A stretch of DNA of 64,000 nt from a virus, in IMG/VR virus record IMGVR_UViG_3300040811_000687, one strand, 5' to 3'. A program made the position numbers and the translations under genes. The notes beneath the pieces are model-generated. The model was not told where the DNA came from and searched no databases. It saw only the letters and a list, made by a program, of their open reading frames with translations. Positions 59,190 through 64,000 of the stretch are shown one piece after another (position 1 is the stretch's first letter; the number at the start of each line of letters is the position of its first letter).

Positions 59190-60404
59190 ATGTTAAACAC
59201 TAAACAAACACAATTTGTTGAACATGCTTATGCTATGTTTAACAAAAAAGAATTAACTGTAGAGCAGTTAAAGAAAGCCAATGTAAAATTTGGTTGTAAG
59301 TATGCTCCACAATGGTTGATTAAAAATAAAGATTACAAGTTAGGTAAATCTTTGTTCAAATTACCTGTAGATGGTGAGGACGTTTCAGTACCCACAAAAT
59401 CTGTAGTTAAAAGTAAAAAGACCACAGCAGTTGCTGAAGAAACTAAAAGTGAGGCTGCTTATATTGTTTCATCTTTAGTTGGCGATATTGTTCCTAAAAA
59501 GGATCCTATATTCGTTCCTTTTGGTAACTATACAGATATAAAATCTATCATAAAATCTGGTAGATTCTACCCTATATTCATAACTGGTTTATCTGGTAAT
59601 GGTAAAACTATGGGTGTAATTCAATCTTGTGCTGAGGCCAAAAAAGAATTAATCAGAGTTAACGTAACAATTGAAACCGATGAGGACGATCTATTAGGTG
59701 GTTATAGACTTAAAGATGGCCAAACTGTTTGGCAAAACGGTCCTGTTATTGAGGCAATGGAAAGAGGCGCTCTTTTATTATTAGATGAAGTTGATTTAGC
59801 TTCTAATAAAATCATGTGTCTACAACCAATACTTGAAGGATCAGGTGTGTACGTTAAAAAGATAAACAAGTTTGTTAAACCTGCTTCAGGTTTCAACATC
59901 GTTGCTACTGCCAATACTAAAGGTCAAGGTAGTGAAGACGGTAAGTTTATCGGAACTAACATTCTTAACGAAGCTTTTCTTGAAAGATTTCCTGTTACAT
60001 TAGAACAGAAATATCCAAGTACGGCTATTGAGAAAAAAATATTAACCAATACGTTAAAAGCGGCTGGTAAATCAGACAAAGGCTTCATTGAGAAGTTGAC
60101 TACATGGGCTGATGTTATCAGAAAAACTTATTTTGACGGTGGTGTAGACGAGATTATCTCAACAAGAAGATTAGTCCACATAACACAAGCTTATGCTATA
60201 TTTAATAATAAAGTTAAAGCTATTCAAATGTGTACTAATAGATTTGATGATGATACAAAAAATTCGTTTGTAGAGTTATATACTAAAGTCGATTCTGGTT
60301 CAAGTGTTGAAGACATTATGGAACAAAATAGACAACAGGATTTAGCTGCTCAATCGGATACTGACGAGGATAAAGATGAGTCGGAAGATTCTGACAATAT
60401 CTAA
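59190..60404 (+). CDS. CobS/MoxR-like AAA+ ATPase
   Basis: GLSGNGKT, LLLDEVD, ATANTKGQG, NEAFLERF, ISTRRL. Confidence 0.9.
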   Translation: MLNTKQTQFVEHAYAMFNKKELTVEQLKKANVKFGCKYAPQWLIKNKDYKLGKSLFKLPVDGEDVSVPTKSVVKSKKTTAVAEETKSEAAYIVSSLVGDIVPKKDPIFVPFGNYTDIKSIIKSGRFYPIFITGLSGNGKTMGVIQSCAEAKKELIRVNVTIETDEDDLLGGYRLKDGQTVWQNGPVIEAMERGALLLLDEVDLASNKIMCLQPILEGSGVYVKKINKFVKPASGFNIVATANTKGQGSEDGKFIGTNILNEAFLERFPVTLEQKYPSTAIEKKILTNTLKAAGKSDKGFIEKLTTWADVIRKTYFDGGVDEIISTRRLVHITQAYAIFNNKVKAIQMCTNRFDDDTKNSFVELYTKVDSGSSVEDIMEQNRQQDLAAQSDTDEDKDESEDSDNI

Positions 60405-60423
60405 ATCGTTTAGTGTAATCCTT

Positions 60424-60447
60424 GTGGGTGGTGTAGTGGCCACCCAC
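60424..60447 (+). other. GC-rich hairpin upstream of bS21
   Basis: GTGGGTGG-N8-CCACCCAC, no T tail. Confidence 0.6.
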
Positions 60448-60478
60448 GTTATAAGGCAATCACTACAGAAAGGAATAG

Positions 60479-60685
60479 ATGTCAGGAATTAAAATTGATG
60501 TTAGAAATGGAAATGTGGAACAAGCATTACGTGTATTAAAACGTAAGCACCTTAAAGATAATTTCCTTAAAACATATAAAGAAAAAATGTATTTTGAAAA
60601 GCCTTCAGAAAAAAAACGAAGGAAGAAAAAAGAAATGACTGCTAATAGCAGGAAAGCTAAGAAGTTACGTGAAAGAAATTTATAG
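60479..60685 (+). CDS. rpsU: ribosomal protein bS21
   Basis: VRNGNVEQALRVLKRK...YFEKPSEKKRRKK. Confidence 0.92.
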   Translation: MSGIKIDVRNGNVEQALRVLKRKHLKDNFLKTYKEKMYFEKPSEKKRRKKKEMTANSRKAKKLRERNL

Positions 60686-60977
60686 ATTTAACGCTACATT
60701 TGATATATATATTATGGTCAAGGCTGCTCGTAAGTCCTTTTGACAGCGTTAAAGGAAGCTTATAAGCTTCGGATATGGACTAACGTTTTTGGTGTTTTTA
60801 TGGTCCTTAAATAAACGAAAACACCACTTATTGATATTCACTAGGGAACTGGTAGGGATCCTCAGCCTAGTGAATTTCTATAAGTAGGGTTGACAAATAA
60901 AATATCGTACTTATATAAATAACTGTAGACGCCATAATGGGTCTACTTAAATTAACTTGCTTAACAAAGGAGATAAT

Positions 60978-61427
60978 ATGACTAATAAAGCAATTTCAAT
61001 TTTCAATCAATTAAGACCACTATCAGTAGGATTTGATGATGTGTTTGACCATTTCCAAGGAATGTTTGATCACCAATATGATTCTATAAATACTTCAAAC
61101 TATCCACCATATAATATCATTAAGACAGGTAAATATACCTATGATATTCAGGTTGCTCTTGCAGGCTATGGTAAGAAGGACGTAGATGTGTCTTTTGAAA
61201 ATAACATCTTAACTATTAAATCTGTTAAAGACGAATCAGAAAAAGAGGTTGAGGAAAACGATGGTATACTACACAAAGGTATTGCCAAACGTATGTTTAC
61301 TAAATCTTTTACTATTGCCGATGATGTAGAAATCAAAGGTGCTGAACTAAAAGATGGTCTTTTAAGTGTTTCTATGGAACGAATCATACCAGAGAACAAA
61401 AAGGCTAGAAAAATACAGATAAAATAA
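60978..61427 (+). CDS. small heat-shock protein Hsp20
   Basis: NYPPYNI, ALAGY, LHKGIAKRMF, AELKDGLL; AGGAG SD before ATG 60978; TTGACA at 60890 and TATAAATA at 60914. Confidence 0.95.
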   Translation: MTNKAISIFNQLRPLSVGFDDVFDHFQGMFDHQYDSINTSNYPPYNIIKTGKYTYDIQVALAGYGKKDVDVSFENNILTIKSVKDESEKEVEENDGILHKGIAKRMFTKSFTIADDVEIKGAELKDGLLSVSMERIIPENKKARKIQIK

Positions 61428-61440
61428 ACTAAAAAAAAGT

Positions 61441-61480
61441 GGAAGGGAGCATTGACTTCCTTCCTCTTTTATTATATAAT
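61441..61480 (+). terminator. terminator hairpin overlapping a sigma70 promoter
   Basis: GGAAGGGAG-CATTGA-CTTCCTTCC + TCTTTT; TTGACT(61452)-N17-TATAAT(61475). Confidence 0.7.
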
Positions 61481-61491
61481 GAGAGTATATT

Positions 61492-62040
61492 ATGAAAATA
61501 CCAAATATAACATTTAAGACTAGAGTTGGTGACCTGACCGAATCAGGAGAATGTAACTTTGAAGACGGCAAATGGGTTGATGTAACATCAGCTAATCTCT
61601 TTGACAATAAAAGAGTTGTTTTGTTTAGTTTACCAGGTGCTTTTACACCTACATGTACATCACAACAACTACCTGGTTTTGAATCAAGTACAAAAGCTTT
61701 TAAGATTTCTCACAACATAGATGAAGTTTATTGTGTTTCAGTAAATGATTCGTTTGTGATGAATGCGTGGGCTCATGCTTCAAATATAAAAAACGTTAAG
61801 ATGATACCAGATGGTAACGGAGAACTAACAAAGGCATTAGATATGTTAGTTAACAAAGAAGCCATTGGTTTTGGTTATCGTTCTTGGAGATATGCAGCTA
61901 TAATAAATGACGGTGAGATAGAGAAAATGTTTGTAGAACCTGGTAGAGATATCAATGATCCTTCGGATCCATATGGTGTTTCTTCTCCAGAAAATGTTTT
62001 ATCTTACTTACAAAGTGAAGAAATTAAGAGGTCAGTTTAA
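61492..62040 (+). CDS. peroxiredoxin (PRX5-like)
   Basis: LPGAFTPTCT, SVNDSFVM, DGNG, RSWRY. Confidence 0.95.
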   Translation: MKIPNITFKTRVGDLTESGECNFEDGKWVDVTSANLFDNKRVVLFSLPGAFTPTCTSQQLPGFESSTKAFKISHNIDEVYCVSVNDSFVMNAWAHASNIKNVKMIPDGNGELTKALDMLVNKEAIGFGYRSWRYAAIINDGEIEKMFVEPGRDINDPSDPYGVSSPENVLSYLQSEEIKRSV

Positions 62041-62043
62041 GGC

Positions 62044-62072
62044 TTGACTTTTTATTTGATCTGTAGTAGGAT
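62044..62072 (+). promoter_or_regulatory. sigma70-type early promoter for tRNA-Gly/gp45
   Basis: GGCTTGACT-N17-TAGGAT, ending 7 nt before the tRNA. Confidence 0.7.
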
Positions 62073-62079
62073 CAATAAT

Positions 62080-62153
62080 GCGGATATAGTATAAAAGTAT
62101 TATGAGAGATTTCCAATCTTTAGAACTTGGGGCAGTACCAAGTATCCGCTCCA
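62080..62153 (+). tRNA. tRNA-Gly (TCC), non-canonical D and T loops
   Basis: GCGGATA/TATCCGC acceptor stem, AGAGA-TTTCCAA-TCTTT anticodon arm, CTTGG-GGCAGTA-CCAAG T arm, U73 and CCA. Confidence 0.85.
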
Positions 62154-62181
62154 TTAAACAATGAAAAAAGGTGAATATATA

Positions 62182-62844
62182 ATGAACTTGTCAACAGAAA
62201 CAATTGCTATGTTAAAAAACTTTTCTGATATTAATCAGAATATTTTAATTAAGCCAGGAAATAAAATACAAACTATTTCCAATATGAGAAATATTTTAGC
62301 AGAAGCTGAAATAAAAGAAAAATTTGATAGCGAATTTGCTATCTATGATCTACCACAATTTTTAAGATCACTAGACTTATTTAAAAGTCCTGAACTTAAA
62401 TTTAATGGTGGTGCTAGCATGACAATCAGTGAGGCTAAATCTAGTAAATCAGTTAAGTATTTCTTTTCTGATAAATCTACTATATTTACACCTAACAAGA
62501 TTAACATGCCAGATAATCATGTCACATTTACATTAAAGAATGATGACTTGGTAGAATTACACAAAGGTGTTACAACTTTAAATTTACCAGATGTATCTGT
62601 AATAGGTGATGGTAAAAACATTAAACTTGTTGCAACAGATAAAAAGAATAAATCTTCTAACGAAGTATCTACTGTAATTGGCGAATCAGATATTAAGTTT
62701 ACTGCTTACTTTAAATCAGAAAACTTTAAAATGATACCAGATGATTACGATGTAGCAATCTCAAAAGCAAAAATATCTAGTTTTATTTCTAGAGGTAAGA
62801 ACGTACAATATTGGATCGCATTAGAACCTGACTCTGAATTTTAA
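62182..62844 (+). CDS. gp45: sliding clamp gp45
   Basis: LKNFSDINQNILI, FAIYDL, YWIALEPDS; ATG 62182 is the likely start. Confidence 0.95.
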   Translation: MNLSTETIAMLKNFSDINQNILIKPGNKIQTISNMRNILAEAEIKEKFDSEFAIYDLPQFLRSLDLFKSPELKFNGGASMTISEAKSSKSVKYFFSDKSTIFTPNKINMPDNHVTFTLKNDDLVELHKGVTTLNLPDVSVIGDGKNIKLVATDKKNKSSNEVSTVIGESDIKFTAYFKSENFKMIPDDYDVAISKAKISSFISRGKNVQYWIALEPDSEF

Positions 62845-62855
62845 GGAGTTAGACA

Positions 62856-63800
62856 ATGACAGATTTTTTATGGGTTGAACAATACCGACCTAAAACAATA
62901 AACGATTGTATCTTACCAGAGGAAACAAAGAAAACATTTCTAGAGTTTCTATCTAAAAAAGAACTACCAAACATGTTATTAACTGGTACTGCCGGTACTG
63001 GTAAAACAACTGTAGCACGAGCCTTGTGTGAAGAATTAAATCTTGATTATATTATAATCAATGGTTCAGATGAGGGTCGTCAAATAGATACCTTGAGGTA
63101 TAAGATTAAAAACTTTGCAACAACTGTATCTTTCAATACAGAATCAAAACATAAAGTAGTCATAATTGACGAGGCAGATTATATGAACGCCGAGTCTGTA
63201 CAGCCTGCTTTAAGAAACTTCATAGAAAGTTTTTATAACAACTGTAGATTCATATTTACTTGTAACTATAAGAACAAAATCATACCAGCTTTACATAGTC
63301 GTTGTACTGTTATTGACTTTAAGGTCACTAATGGTCAAGTTAAGAAGACAGCTATAGCATTTATGCAACGTATGGAGGGTATCTTAAAAGAACAAGAGAT
63401 TGAGTATGATAAGAAGACATTGGCTCAGTTAATTGAGAAACATTATCCAGACTTTAGAAGAACTATAAACGAACTTCAAAGGTATTCTGTACGTGGTAAG
63501 ATTGACAGTGGTATTCTATTCAATTTAAAAGAGACCGACTACAAAAATCTTATGATTCATTTGAAGAAAAAAGAGTTTGATAGTATGAGAAAGTGGGTAA
63601 TTCAACATTTAGATATGGACGCTACTGATTTATTCAGAGGTGTCTATGATATTTTATATGAAACCCTAGAACCTAAATCCGTACCACAAGCAATACTGAT
63701 CATCGCCGGATATCAGTATAAGGCGGCTTTTGTAGCAGACCATGAGATCAATACAATAGCTTGCTTAACTGAAATCATGGCCAACTGTAAATTCAAATGA
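62856..63800 (+). CDS. gp44: clamp loader large subunit gp44
   Basis: LWVEQYRP, GTAGTGKT, IIDEAD, LHSRC. Confidence 0.96.
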   Translation: MTDFLWVEQYRPKTINDCILPEETKKTFLEFLSKKELPNMLLTGTAGTGKTTVARALCEELNLDYIIINGSDEGRQIDTLRYKIKNFATTVSFNTESKHKVVIIDEADYMNAESVQPALRNFIESFYNNCRFIFTCNYKNKIIPALHSRCTVIDFKVTNGQVKKTAIAFMQRMEGILKEQEIEYDKKTLAQLIEKHYPDFRRTINELQRYSVRGKIDSGILFNLKETDYKNLMIHLKKKEFDSMRKWVIQHLDMDATDLFRGVYDILYETLEPKSVPQAILIIAGYQYKAAFVADHEINTIACLTEIMANCKFK

Positions 63801-64000
63801 TTGCTTGGTTATACGGTTTCTTTCAGTTAGACATGAAATCAGGAATATATTTCCTGACAGTAGGTAAAACGAAAGATAAAAAAGAACGAGTAGACAATTA
63901 TAAAACTACAAACGCCAATATTACTTTTGAATACTTAAAAGAAGTTAAACCTAACTTCTTAACCAAAGCTGAAGGCGAGCTTTTAGAACACTTAAAGAAA
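63797..64000 (+). CDS. partial ORF, GIY-YIG/T5orf172-like nuclease
   Basis: MIAWLYGF...SGIYFLTVGKTKD..ERVDNYKTTN...AEGELLE; ATGA overlap with gp44; open to the window end. Confidence 0.5.
   Translation, partial: MIAWLYGFFQLDMKSGIYFLTVGKTKDKKERVDNYKTTNANITFEYLKEVKPNFLTKAEGELLEHLKK

Noticed and set aside
56809-60404. CobT/CobS-like pair as cobalamin biosynthesis linked to the B12 module
   Set aside because: No CobN or other cob genes are present. This VWA + MoxR-type AAA pair is widespread in marine T4-like phages regardless of B12 genes and is more plausibly a chaperone system.
1875-61607. Numerous short opposite-strand or alternate-frame ORFs in the track (e.g. 9623-10045, 18032-18334, 29162-29461, 38174-38566, 50680-50937, 54289-54609)
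   Set aside because: They are shadows of well-supported genes or tRNAs, with no SD, motifs or typical codon usage.
62080-62153. tmRNA fragment, because of the GGCAGUA T-loop
   Set aside because: It has a full anticodon arm (TCC), G3-C70 and U73 Gly identity rather than the G3-U70 Ala identity, and no tag reading frame.
1-64000. Stop-codon reassignment, selenoproteins or introns/inteins in core genes
   Set aside because: Core genes translate full-length in the standard code at expected sizes, and no interrupted genes were seen.

Overview
An AT-rich (roughly 30% GC by eye) segment of a marine T4-like myovirus. Gene order plus bS21, peptide deformylase, Hsp20, peroxiredoxin and a CobS/CobT-like pair resemble Pelagibacter phage HTVC008M-type genomes; the host assignment is an inference. 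31.7-64 kb is the conserved T4-like core: gp13-gp23, gp3, UvsY, UvsW, gp55, gp47/46 and gp45/44, plus two atypical tRNA-Gly genes. 23-31.7 kb encodes collagen-like and Gly-rich fibre proteins. 0.1-22.9 kb is a large accessory island with glycosyltransferases, an epimerase, a DegT aminotransferase, a carbamoyltransferase, methyltransferases, two SGNH proteins, two nitroreductase-fold proteins, a SufT-like Fe-S factor and five radical SAM enzymes; a sixth follows gp23. The standout is a phage-borne cobalamin module. A sigma70 promoter is followed by a class-II cobalamin riboswitch (as I recall it, almost identical to the crystallised env8 HyCbl RNA) and then a BtuB-like TonB-dependent receptor, which converges stop-to-stop on a B12-dependent radical SAM gene. 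The phage appears to supply cofactors (B12, Fe-S) for its own radical-chemistry/glycan modification pathway. Also notable: recurrent leaderless promoter architecture, non-canonical tRNA T-loops, a cupredoxin-like Cu site on a fibre, a DruA-like gene and candidate ncRNAs. All calls are from motif recognition; no searches were run.
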